From contig JAZDNO010000031.1 in NCBI GenBank assembly GCA_043799545.1, positions 1-64,000 of the forward strand: a DNA stretch of 64,000 nucleotides, read 5' to 3'. Numbering within the stretch: the first letter of the stretch is position 1; each line of letters opens with the position of its first letter. Under the pieces are notes generated by a model, which did no database searches, was not told the origin of the DNA, and saw only the letters and a program-made list of their open reading frames with translations. Position numbers and translations under genes: made by a program. This document shows positions 28,372 to 37,503 of the stretch, piece by piece. This DNA comes from Methanobacteriota archaeon. Lineage in GTDB: Archaea > Thermoplasmatota > Thermoplasmata > SG8-5 > DAIRED01.

Positions 28372-28716
28372 ATGGCGAAAGCGATGAAATCGGGCTGCGG
28401 GAACGGCAGGACGCCGGCGAGGCCGAAGAAGCTGAACATCGACGAGGCGAGAATAGGGCGGTACGGCAAATTGTACGACGCGCTCTCCGACCCGCTCAGG
28501 CTGAGGATTCTCTCCATCCTTTCCGTCCAGTCGCTCTGCGTCTGCGTGATAAAGGAGATAGTGGTCGTGCCCGACTCCAAGCTGTCATACCATCTCTCGA
28601 TACTCAAGGGCGCGGGGCTGGTCAGCAGCAGGCGCGACGGCAACTGGATAATGTACAGCCTGACGAAGACCGGTAGGAAGTACGCGAGCGAGCTCCAGTC
28701 CGGGAAGGGTGACTGA
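28372..28716 (+). CDS. arsR: ArsR/SmtB family repressor
   Basis: ALSDPLRLRIL, LCVCVI alpha3 metal site, SKLSYHLSILK and GLV..RRDG motifs. Confidence 0.92.
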   Translation: MAKAMKSGCGNGRTPARPKKLNIDEARIGRYGKLYDALSDPLRLRILSILSVQSLCVCVIKEIVVVPDSKLSYHLSILKGAGLVSSRRDGNWIMYSLTKTGRKYASELQSGKGD

Positions 28717-29715
28717 GTGTCCAGGAAGGCGCGGGCGAAGGGGGACGGTAAGAAGGAACTGCTCGCAAAGGGCTACGTCGAGTGCTTCTACTGCAACAAG
28801 CCGGTAAAGCCAAGTGCGCTCCGCTGTCCGAGCTGCGGCAAGATATTCTCGTCCGGGAAGAAGCTGGCGGCGATAATCGTCGCGGCGCTCGTCATGGCGT
28901 CGGCGACGGCCTACGTCTATCTCGACGATGCCGGGCACGAGCCGGGAACTCCTGACGTCGTCTTCCCCTCCGTTCAGTCGAACTCGCCCATCGGCAGCGC
29001 TGTGGCGACGAGCAGCGCCATCACGGTCACGTTCACGAGGGACATGGTCGCGTCGGCCGTCCAGTCGGCGTTCTCCACGTCGCCCTCGACATCCGGCGCG
29101 TTTTCGTGGAGCGGGAGGACGATGACCTACGTTCCGTACCAGGCGCTCGCCCAGGGGTCGACATACCGTGTGACCGTAGGCAGCGGCGCCAGGTGCGTGT
29201 GCGGGAACCCGCTCGACTGCGGCATTTACGCCTGGTCCTTCACGACGGTCGGCGGAACGGCGACGGACGTCAGGCGCGATGTTGGCACGGGCGACGACGA
29301 CTTCTGGACCGCATACCCATCGTCCCACCTGCACGCCGGAACGACCGTGAACCATCCGCAGTGGGTCAGGACGGCCGTGGCATCGAAGCCCATATTCATC
29401 CTCACGCACAGCGAGGGCTGCGCCCCCTGCATCACCATGACTGACATATACAACAATGTGAAAGCGAAGTACGGCTCGCAACTGGCATTCTACGACCTCA
29501 TCTCCGGCACGAGCGAGCCGCAGGCCAACGAGACCTTCGCGGCCTACGACCCGAACGACTCGCAGCATTACGTGCCCCTACCAATCGTGTTGTCTAAGGG
29601 ACCGGGCGGCGAGATTATTTGGCACAGTTGGGAGGGGGTCGTTTACCAGCCTGAACTGGAAGGATGGCTTAACGATGCGCTATCTTACCACGCAGAGTCC
29701 GGTCTGGTGGGTTGA
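28717..29715 (+). CDS. Membrane-anchored protein: double zinc ribbon, TM, Ig-like (Big_5), thioredoxin-like domain
   Basis: CFYC..CPSC, TM helix, ITVTFTRDM Ig-like motif, CAPC thioredoxin motif; GTG directly after the arsR stop. Confidence 0.8.
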   Translation: MSRKARAKGDGKKELLAKGYVECFYCNKPVKPSALRCPSCGKIFSSGKKLAAIIVAALVMASATAYVYLDDAGHEPGTPDVVFPSVQSNSPIGSAVATSSAITVTFTRDMVASAVQSAFSTSPSTSGAFSWSGRTMTYVPYQALAQGSTYRVTVGSGARCVCGNPLDCGIYAWSFTTVGGTATDVRRDVGTGDDDFWTAYPSSHLHAGTTVNHPQWVRTAVASKPIFILTHSEGCAPCITMTDIYNNVKAKYGSQLAFYDLISGTSEPQANETFAAYDPNDSQHYVPLPIVLSKGPGGEIIWHSWEGVVYQPELEGWLNDALSYHAESGLVG

Positions 29716-31088
29716 TGGTCGAGAAATCGAAAGTTGCGTCCCTTGTGGTCGTCGTCATCGTCGCCTTGGCAACAATCGCAGCTTCATTCGTCGCTTTCGA
29801 CCGCTTCGGCAATAACGTTTCAGGACAGATAGAGCCCACTCGCGATTTCACGGCGATGGACCACCTCAACCGCACGTTCTCGCTGTCCGATTTCAGGGGG
29901 GACGTGACCATCCTCCACATCACCCAGATTGAGAACCCCGTCTGCATCGAGTGCGAGATGCACATACGGGACCAGATTCAGGAGCTGGCCGTCCTGTACG
30001 GCGAAGCGAATGTGAGCATAATAACCCTCAACGTCAGGAAGAATGCATACTCCGACGACGGATGGGAACTGGTGCGCGACTGGTATGACATGAACATATC
30101 CTGGCACTGGGTCGAGGAGCGCGAACCGTACGCCATCGCCGGGCTCTACCAGAAATACTGGGACGTCGATGGGAACTTCGCCAACCCCACGCTGGTGATG
30201 GTAGACCGGGAACAGAAAGTCGTCGGCGTGTACCACATATACACTATGAGCCGCGGAGAAGTGGACGGTGTCCAGACCGCCGACTCGCTGCGAGATGATG
30301 CAAAGGCCATAGCAAATGGGGAGTGGGTCGGGTTCCAAGGCGAACTCGACGAGGGCACGACTTACGTTGGAATCTTTCTCCTGGGCATGGTGTCGAGCTT
30401 CTCGCCATGCTCCCTGTTCATGCTCTTCGCCCTGGTCTCCTTCGTCATCTCGTCTGAAAAGGATGAAGATGCGGCAGCGAAGCGCACGCCAGACTGGAAG
30501 GCGGGAATATGGATAGGGGCGGCCTTCTCGGTCGGAATGTTGCTCACCTTTGCGTTGCTGGGCGCGCTGGCGTCCTACGTCGGGATATTCATAGAGTCTT
30601 CCGCGACGTTTTCGCTTCTCGTCGGGGCGGCGCTGATAGCCCTCGGAATTAACGTCGTATGGCCGGTTAGTGATGCGCTGAAGCGATTGCTCAGACCCAG
30701 CGGAGACGATATTTGCGGTTCCGACGATGGCACGAAGAAGTTGCTGAATCGTATTGGAAAAGGAAGGAGCGGGCTGGCTGGATTGACGCTCGGGATACTT
30801 TTTACCATCGGCTGGACGCCCTGCGCCCTCGCGATGGTCCTACCCGTGCTCGTGCTGATAATGAGCGGTAAGGTCACGATTCTAACGGGGATTGCGATGA
30901 TGTGCGTCTTTGCGCTGGGAAGAGCCATGGTCGTGACATCATTTTGCGCGGCCATAGGCGGGATGAAGAGCCGGATTTACACCAATTTCCTCGCTGCCGG
31001 CAAATGGATACAACCGGTCTTTGCAGCGACAATGATTGCACTGGGTGCGATATACGTGCTAAGGTTCTGGGGTATCAACCTCTGGTGA
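29715..31088 (+). CDS. ccdA: Redoxin domain fused to CcdA/DsbD-type membrane disulfide reductase
   Basis: N-terminal TM, FSLSDFRG and CIEC; membrane domain SSFSPC and GWTPC catalytic cysteines. Confidence 0.85.
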   Translation: MVEKSKVASLVVVVIVALATIAASFVAFDRFGNNVSGQIEPTRDFTAMDHLNRTFSLSDFRGDVTILHITQIENPVCIECEMHIRDQIQELAVLYGEANVSIITLNVRKNAYSDDGWELVRDWYDMNISWHWVEEREPYAIAGLYQKYWDVDGNFANPTLVMVDREQKVVGVYHIYTMSRGEVDGVQTADSLRDDAKAIANGEWVGFQGELDEGTTYVGIFLLGMVSSFSPCSLFMLFALVSFVISSEKDEDAAAKRTPDWKAGIWIGAAFSVGMLLTFALLGALASYVGIFIESSATFSLLVGAALIALGINVVWPVSDALKRLLRPSGDDICGSDDGTKKLLNRIGKGRSGLAGLTLGILFTIGWTPCALAMVLPVLVLIMSGKVTILTGIAMMCVFALGRAMVVTSFCAAIGGMKSRIYTNFLAAGKWIQPVFAATMIALGAIYVLRFWGINLW

Positions 31089-31155
31089 CGGCACTGCCAG
31101 GCCGTAAGGGCGCGTCTTCACATGCGCCTGCTGGTAGCGGTGCGCCTGGCTGGGG

Positions 31156-32367
31156 TCAATGCCCGGTATGCTCGACACCGGCCCGTATCGCCCACGCCAC
31201 CATCGCAGCCTTTCTGCATTCCGCCACGTCGTGGACGCGGACAATGTCCGCGCCGTTCAAAACGGCGGCCGAGACCGCCGCCAGCGTTCCCTCCAGCCTA
31301 TCGCCGGCGGGGAGGTCTAGTATCTTGCCAATGAACGCCTTCCGCGACGGCCCCACGAGGATTGGCAATCCTAGGGAGCGCAGCTCAGCCAACCGCCTCA
31401 AAATCTCCAGGTTGTGCTCCGCAGCCTTGCCGAAGCCGATGCCAGGGTCGACGATGATTCTGTCGCGGGAAATCCCCTTCGACTCGGCGTGGCGAACTCG
31501 GGCTTCCAGGTATCTGGCCACGTCTTCCACAACGTCTCCGTAGGAGGGGCTGTCCTGCATCGTGCGCGGGTTGCCGAGCATGTGCATCAGGACGACTGGG
31601 CATTTCCGCTCGGCGACTAGCCTGGCCATGGATGGCTCGCCTAAAGCGCTCACGTCGTTGACGATGGACGCGCCGGCATCCAGCGCGGCCTCGGCCACCT
31701 TGGCGTGGCGCGTGTCGATTGATATCGGAATTTTCACGGCCTTAGCCAGGCTCTCGATCACGGGAATGACGCGTTTCAGCTCGGTTTCCACTGATACAGG
31801 CTTCGCCCCTGGCCTGGTGGATTCGCCTCCGACGTCGAGGATGTCGGCGCCTTCCCGAGCCATCCCCTTCCCCTCGGAAATTGCGTTGGCCAGCTTGAAG
31901 TTCTTGCCTCCGTCGGAGAACGAGTCCGGAGTGACGTTGATGATGCCCATGATTAGAGGTTGGCGCCCGAAGTCGAGCCTACCCTTGCGCAGCTTCATCA
32001 CACCAAGGGAGGAATTGGTGAAATTCCCCAAAGTAGCTTCCATCCCGTCGGCGACGATGGCCAGCTTGAACGGCTGCTGCCTCAGCTTGTGGCAGAGGCG
32101 CCTGAGCTGCGACTCGGTACCGAAGACCGCCACCTTCTCGTCGTGCTGCGAGCCGGCGATTGCGCCCCATGGCACCGCCGCTTCAGCGCCGCAGGCCAGC
32201 GCCTCCTGCTTGAGGATGTTCGCCCTCCGGGCGTCCAGGCCTTCGATTATCAAGACGCGGAAGACAGCCTTCGGCGCCATGATTTCGCAACCCTTGGGGT
32301 CGACGCCGAGGCGGAGCATCAGCTCGGAGGCTTCGCGCTGGTCCCGGACTATCCGGACGTGGGCCAT
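31156..32367 (-). CDS. folP: Dihydropteroate synthase with N-terminal extension
   Basis: MGIINVTPDSFSDGG, DVGGESTRPG, DPGIGFGK, SRKAFIG and IVRVHDV motifs; start trimmed to ATG 32367. Confidence 0.96.
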   Translation of the reverse strand: MAHVRIVRDQREASELMLRLGVDPKGCEIMAPKAVFRVLIIEGLDARRANILKQEALACGAEAAVPWGAIAGSQHDEKVAVFGTESQLRRLCHKLRQQPFKLAIVADGMEATLGNFTNSSLGVMKLRKGRLDFGRQPLIMGIINVTPDSFSDGGKNFKLANAISEGKGMAREGADILDVGGESTRPGAKPVSVETELKRVIPVIESLAKAVKIPISIDTRHAKVAEAALDAGASIVNDVSALGEPSMARLVAERKCPVVLMHMLGNPRTMQDSPSYGDVVEDVARYLEARVRHAESKGISRDRIIVDPGIGFGKAAEHNLEILRRLAELRSLGLPILVGPSRKAFIGKILDLPAGDRLEGTLAAVSAAVLNGADIVRVHDVAECRKAAMVAWAIRAGVEHTGH

Positions 32368-32484
32368 CGCAAGGCCTAACCCCTTCGGAATATAAATGCG
32401 GTTCGGCGCCCGATAAATCCATATTCGCGCGCTCCTTACGCGCCCATCGTGCCTCGAAAAAAACAGCCTATTAAACGAATATGT

Positions 32485-33945
32485 ATGAAAGAGCGGCTTC
32501 GTCAATCGGAAGAGCTGCACCGCATCATCCTGACCAATATCTCGGATTCAGTCTTTCTCACGAACGACAGAGGGGATTTCACATTCATCTGCCCCAATGT
32601 GGATAACATCTTCGGCTACAGCTTCGAGGAGATATACGCGATGAATAACATCGATGCGCTCATGGGGGCTGACGTTTTCGACCAGGCAAGTCTGGAGCGC
32701 GCGAACGAGCTGCGAAATATCGAGCGGATCGTTATTGATAAGCATCGCAAACCGCATACGGTACTGGTGAACGTGAAGAAGGTGGAAATCATGTACGGCA
32801 CGAGGCTCTTCACATGTAGGGACATAACGGAGTACAAGCGCGTGGAGGGGGAGATGACCCGCTACTTGAGAGATAAAAAGGCGGTGGAGAAGGATCTCAC
32901 GCTTTTCTTCAATCTCTCCGCAGACCTTTTCTGCATCCTGGACGCGGGAAAGTTTAAAAAACTTAACCCCGCCTGGCACGCGGGTCTCGGATACCCCGTG
33001 AACGATTTGATTGGGACATGTGCGATAGAGCTGGCTCACCCCGACGACAGGCTCGTTACAGAGGCGGCAAGGGGGAGCCTCAAGGCTGGCCATGTCATCA
33101 GGTACGAGAACCGTTACCGCCACCGGGATGGGAGTTACCGCTGGATATCGTGGAACGGAACGATGTCCGACGACGGTTTGATACATGCGGTCGGGAGGGA
33201 CATCACCTCCCAGCGTCGTGAGGAGGACGAGATGAGGCGCCGATTGCTGACGTTCAGGGTCGAGACAGGGCGGACTTACCTCGTCCCCGAAGCGTCGCCG
33301 ATGAAGCTGGCAGGCGCGTTCTCGGAATTGTTGGCGATTAACCATGCTGGTTTGGTCATCTCCAGGAGGCGCAGAGAAGACGCGATTCCGTCCGCCACAA
33401 TGTCCTTCTCGCACCTGTGGATGTCCGAGAGGGGGGGCGATGGGGTCGTGCACCCGGAAACGGAGGCTATTCTTGCTATTATGGAGGGGATACCAGACGA
33501 GAGTGTCATCGTACTGGACAGCCTGGAATACTTAGTCGCGAAGTTGGGGTTCTCCGCCGTCCTGTCGCTGGTCAACCGAATCGTCGAGGCCGCCTTCTTC
33601 CGCAATCTGATTGTCCTTTTAGGAATCGACCCGGTCTGCGTGAGTCCGGACGAACTGGTGAAGCTCGCGAAAGATACCCTCGCGCTGGAACCATACCCGA
33701 GAGCCGACCTCTCTGTGGATTCCATGGAACTGCTTCAGAATGCCTACATGATGAACATCCGCGGGAAACGACCCACTCGCACCGAGTTGTGCCAGGCACT
33801 TTCAATAAGCCAGCCCACATTGCGCCACCGAGTCAGGGAGCTTGTAAGGTCGGGGCTGCTCTGGGAGGCGGGGATGGGCCGATCGGTCGTCATAGAGATC
33901 ACGGAGGCGGGCAGGCAGGTCCTGGAGAAAAAGCGCCTAGGCTAA
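32485..33945 (+). CDS. PAS-PAS-DUF835-wHTH one-component regulator
   Basis: Two PAS/PAC blocks (CRDITE, GRDITS), DUF835-like GRTYLV...IVLDSLEYL, C-terminal wHTH (ISQPTLRHRVRELVRSGLL). Confidence 0.82.
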   Translation: MKERLRQSEELHRIILTNISDSVFLTNDRGDFTFICPNVDNIFGYSFEEIYAMNNIDALMGADVFDQASLERANELRNIERIVIDKHRKPHTVLVNVKKVEIMYGTRLFTCRDITEYKRVEGEMTRYLRDKKAVEKDLTLFFNLSADLFCILDAGKFKKLNPAWHAGLGYPVNDLIGTCAIELAHPDDRLVTEAARGSLKAGHVIRYENRYRHRDGSYRWISWNGTMSDDGLIHAVGRDITSQRREEDEMRRRLLTFRVETGRTYLVPEASPMKLAGAFSELLAINHAGLVISRRRREDAIPSATMSFSHLWMSERGGDGVVHPETEAILAIMEGIPDESVIVLDSLEYLVAKLGFSAVLSLVNRIVEAAFFRNLIVLLGIDPVCVSPDELVKLAKDTLALEPYPRADLSVDSMELLQNAYMMNIRGKRPTRTELCQALSISQPTLRHRVRELVRSGLLWEAGMGRSVVIEITEAGRQVLEKKRLG

Positions 33946-34025
33946 TCATTTTTCATCGTTTTTCAATGTTTTTTTCAATATTCCTATAATGGTCGTGGGG
34001 ATACCAGCGCTTTGCAGGTGTATCA

Positions 34026-35255
34026 ATGGCTGTCGATACAGGAAATGTCGCCTTCATGCTCATCGCAACGAGCTTGGTGATGCTGATGACCCCGGGGCTC
34101 GCCTTTTTCTACGGTGGGTTGGTGGGCAGGAAAAACGTACTGACTATAATGCTGCAGAGTTTCGTTTCCATGGCGATAACGGATGTGTTGTGGTTCACGG
34201 TGGGATTCTCGATGTGCTTTAGCGGCAACGGGCCGATAATCGGAGATATGCACCACGCGTTCCTAATGAATATGGACATGAACACGCCGTTCGCGGGCAA
34301 TCCAACGATACCTCTGTATGTGTTCTGCGTCTACCAAATGATGTTTGCTGTAATTACTCCTGCTCTCATCACCGGAGCCTTCACGAATCGCGTGAGCTTC
34401 AAGTCGTATCTTATCTTCCTCTGTGCCTGGCAGTTCCTCGTCTACTACCCGTTCGTCCACATGGTATGGGGGGGCGGGATACTCGCCGACTGGGGCGTGA
34501 AGGACTTCGCTGGCGGCATCGTCGTGCATGCGACGGCTGGGATGGCCGCGCTGGCAGCGGTCTTCTACGTCGGCGCCCGCCGCATCAAGGAGAGCGGTGC
34601 GCACAGCATTCCGCTCGTAGCTCTCGGCACGGGTCTGCTCTGGTTCGGCTGGTACGGTTTCAACGCTGGTAGCGAGCTGGCGGTTAACGAGGTCACAGTG
34701 CTGGCGTTCTTGAATACGGACCTTGCAGCCTCGGTCGCTGCGGCGACGTGGCTGATATTGGCTTGGAAATTCGAGAAGAAACCGAAGTTCCTCGGACTGC
34801 TCACGGGCGCGATAGCGGGACTCGCCACGATAACCCCCGCGGCAGGATACGTCACGCCAGGGGCTGCCATAGCCATCGGATTTATCGCCGGAGCGGTCTG
34901 CTACTCGGCCATTTGGTACAAGAACAAGAGGAAGTGGGATGATTCGCTCGATGTATGGGGCGTTCACGGGATCGGTGGGATAACCGGAACGATACTCTTG
35001 GGTATCTTTGGCTACTACGGAGTGACTGGGCTTGCCTATGGTGGTTTCGAATTCTTCGGGAAGGAAGTCCTAGCGGTGTTGTTTGCTGCTGGATATGCCT
35101 TTGGCTTCACATACGGCATGCTGTGGGTGATAAACAAAATAACGCCAGTTCATGTCACAGAAAACGAAGAGGTTCTGGGTTTAGATACAGCACTCCACGG
35201 AGAAGAAGCTTACATAGATGAAAAGCCGGGCGATGCCGACACCAGGAAATTTTAA
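34026..35255 (+). CDS. amtB: Ammonium transporter (Amt)
   Basis: MTPGLAFFYGGLV, DFAGGIVVH, LWFGWYGFNAGS, DDSLDVWGVHG and GLD..LHGE motifs. Confidence 0.97.
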   Translation: MAVDTGNVAFMLIATSLVMLMTPGLAFFYGGLVGRKNVLTIMLQSFVSMAITDVLWFTVGFSMCFSGNGPIIGDMHHAFLMNMDMNTPFAGNPTIPLYVFCVYQMMFAVITPALITGAFTNRVSFKSYLIFLCAWQFLVYYPFVHMVWGGGILADWGVKDFAGGIVVHATAGMAALAAVFYVGARRIKESGAHSIPLVALGTGLLWFGWYGFNAGSELAVNEVTVLAFLNTDLAASVAAATWLILAWKFEKKPKFLGLLTGAIAGLATITPAAGYVTPGAAIAIGFIAGAVCYSAIWYKNKRKWDDSLDVWGVHGIGGITGTILLGIFGYYGVTGLAYGGFEFFGKEVLAVLFAAGYAFGFTYGMLWVINKITPVHVTENEEVLGLDTALHGEEAYIDEKPGDADTRKF

Positions 35256-35353
35256 CTACCCAGCTAAAGCCAGGCACTCCTATGAAATCCGCAGGTAGAG
35301 CGGAGACCCGCCCCGCGCAAATTACTTAAACCTCCGGCTGGATACGTTCACGA

Positions 35354-35995
35354 ATGAAGATGCACAGCATCCCCGGCTTGGGAATGGACTCCAACGTCTT
35401 CGTCGTGGAGAACGGAGGAGAGACCGTCGTTATAGACGCGGGCATGGACGCGCGGGCCGAGTACGTGCTGGATTCGTTGGGCAAGATACTGCGCGGCGCC
35501 AAACCTTCCGCGCTCGTCCTCACCCACATGCACATAGACCACGTCGGGGGCGCGGCCGCAATCGTGCGCAAATACGGGTGCGAGGCCGTGATGCACGAAA
35601 AGGACGCGGATGCGATAATCAAGGGCGACCAGATGTCCACAGGCGCGGCGATGTTCGGTGGCGTGGCGGAGCCGATGAGGGTCAGGAAGCTAGCCGAAGG
35701 TGAAATGGTTGCGGGAATGATGGTCATCCACACTCCCGGTCATACCATCGGCTCGATGTGCCTGTACGATAAAAAATCGAAGGCGCTCATATCCGGCGAC
35801 ACTGTCTTCCGGGACGGTGTGGGGCGGTGGGATCTGCCCACCGGGGACGTGAAGGCGCTGCACGAATCGGTGGCCATGCTGGCGGCCATGGAAGTGGACG
35901 GTATTTACCCCGGCCACGGTGAGGTTGCGGAAACGGGAGGCTCGCGCCTCATAGCCAACAACCTACGGTATCTGGAATCTTTCGGGGGCTTCTGA
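35354..35995 (+). CDS. MBL-fold metallo-hydrolase
   Basis: THMHIDHVGG, HTPGHT, SGDTVF and PGHG motifs. Confidence 0.95.
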   Translation: MKMHSIPGLGMDSNVFVVENGGETVVIDAGMDARAEYVLDSLGKILRGAKPSALVLTHMHIDHVGGAAAIVRKYGCEAVMHEKDADAIIKGDQMSTGAAMFGGVAEPMRVRKLAEGEMVAGMMVIHTPGHTIGSMCLYDKKSKALISGDTVFRDGVGRWDLPTGDVKALHESVAMLAAMEVDGIYPGHGEVAETGGSRLIANNLRYLESFGGF

Positions 35996-36615
35996 TGGTT
36001 GGACCGAAGGAGTACTGCCGCAGCCAGATATACGACGACACGTTGCGCGACATGGCCGCTCAGGGGCTCGCGAGGGGCGAGGTCGCGATATATCCGACCG
36101 ACACGCTGTATGCCCTGGGGGCGAGCGCCCACTCCGAGCACGGCGTTCAGCGGGTCGCGGAGCTGAAGGGTCGCCCTTTGGGAATGCCGATGTCGTTCGC
36201 GTTTCCAGACATCGAGAGCATTCTGATTTGGACGGAGCCGAGCCAGCTTGCGAAGGCCGTCATGGAGCAGAACCTTCCAGGGCCACTCACGATTGTTCTG
36301 CCGGCGAATGAGGAGGCGCCAAAATACATCGTGAACGCGGACGGAACTCTCGGCGTGCGAATCCCCGACGACGAGGTCATCAGGATGCTTTTGGCAGACG
36401 CGGGCCCGCTCTCCGCCACCAGCGCGAATCTCCACGGCGGCAAGGACCCCAATAGCATGCGGGACGTTCCGAAGGAGCTTCTGGACAAGGTCGACCGCGT
36501 CATAGATTTCGGGCCTTGCAAGCACCGGGGCTGCTCCACCGTAATCAAGATAATCGGCGACGACATAACCCTCCTGCGAGAGGGGGTGATTCCGTTACGG
36601 GAGCTCAAAAGATGA
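35995..36615 (+). CDS. tsaC: L-threonylcarbamoyladenylate synthase (YrdC/TsaC domain only)
   Basis: YPTDTLYALG, KGRP, PGPLTIVL and ATSAN motifs. Confidence 0.93.
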   Translation: MVGPKEYCRSQIYDDTLRDMAAQGLARGEVAIYPTDTLYALGASAHSEHGVQRVAELKGRPLGMPMSFAFPDIESILIWTEPSQLAKAVMEQNLPGPLTIVLPANEEAPKYIVNADGTLGVRIPDDEVIRMLLADAGPLSATSANLHGGKDPNSMRDVPKELLDKVDRVIDFGPCKHRGCSTVIKIIGDDITLLREGVIPLRELKR

Positions 36616-37502
36616 ATCAGGAGGATGTGCTGGACGCGCACAGGAAGGCCGGCGCAATCGCCCGCAAGGCCAGGGAGATGGGGCTCTCGATGGTCAAGCC
36701 GGGGGTGCGCTACCTGGACCTGGCGGAGACTGTGGAAAAGCTCATCCTCGACAGCGGGGCCAGGCTCGCCTTCCCGGTGAACATCGCGGTCGACGACGTC
36801 GCCGCGCATTACACCCCCGTCCCGAACGACAAGCTCGCATTTTCCCAGGGCCAGATAGTGAAGCTCGACGTCGGCACCCACATCGACGGGTGCATCGCCG
36901 ATACGGCTGCGACTGTGGAGACGGGCACGAACCGCTGGAGCGCCCTCATCGAGGCGTCGCGCGCAGCCCTCGACGCTGCCCTGGACGTGCTGGCTCCGGG
37001 CGTCGAGCTGAGGAAAGTCGGAGGAGCCGTTGAGCGCACCATAGAGGCCAGGGGTTTTCGTCCGATATCGAACCTATGCGGGCACAGCGTAGCGGCCTAC
37101 GACCTGCACGCAGGGCACAGCATCCCCAACGTGATGGACGACAACTACGACACCCTGTCGCCTGGAACGGTAGTCGCCGTCGAGCCGTTCGCCACCAATG
37201 GCGCGGGCCACGTCTCGGGGAAGAAGAACAGCAATATATATCGTTTGCTCAGGAAGCCGGGGGCTGGCGACATCGAGAGCTATCCCATCCTGGCCGACAT
37301 CTACGGAGAGTTCAGACAGCTGCCGTTCTCGGAGCGCTGGTGCGCGGCGCGGAACCCGAAGTCGTCCGCGCAGCTGGCGAAACTCACCCGAAAGGGCATC
37401 GTGGCCTTCTACCCGATGCTTATGGAGGCGCGGGGCGGCATGGTGAGCCAGGCAGAGCACACGGTCATCATAACGGAAGACGGGAACGAAGTGATAACTT
37501 AG
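36612..37502 (+). CDS. map: Type II methionine aminopeptidase
   Basis: AFPVNI..AAHYTP, DVGTHIDGCIADTA, NLCGH, EPFAT and SQAEHT motifs; start ATG 36612. Confidence 0.97.
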   Translation: MNQEDVLDAHRKAGAIARKAREMGLSMVKPGVRYLDLAETVEKLILDSGARLAFPVNIAVDDVAAHYTPVPNDKLAFSQGQIVKLDVGTHIDGCIADTAATVETGTNRWSALIEASRAALDAALDVLAPGVELRKVGGAVERTIEARGFRPISNLCGHSVAAYDLHAGHSIPNVMDDNYDTLSPGTVVAVEPFATNGAGHVSGKKNSNIYRLLRKPGAGDIESYPILADIYGEFRQLPFSERWCAARNPKSSAQLAKLTRKGIVAFYPMLMEARGGMVSQAEHTVIITEDGNEVIT

Positions 37503-37503
37503 T

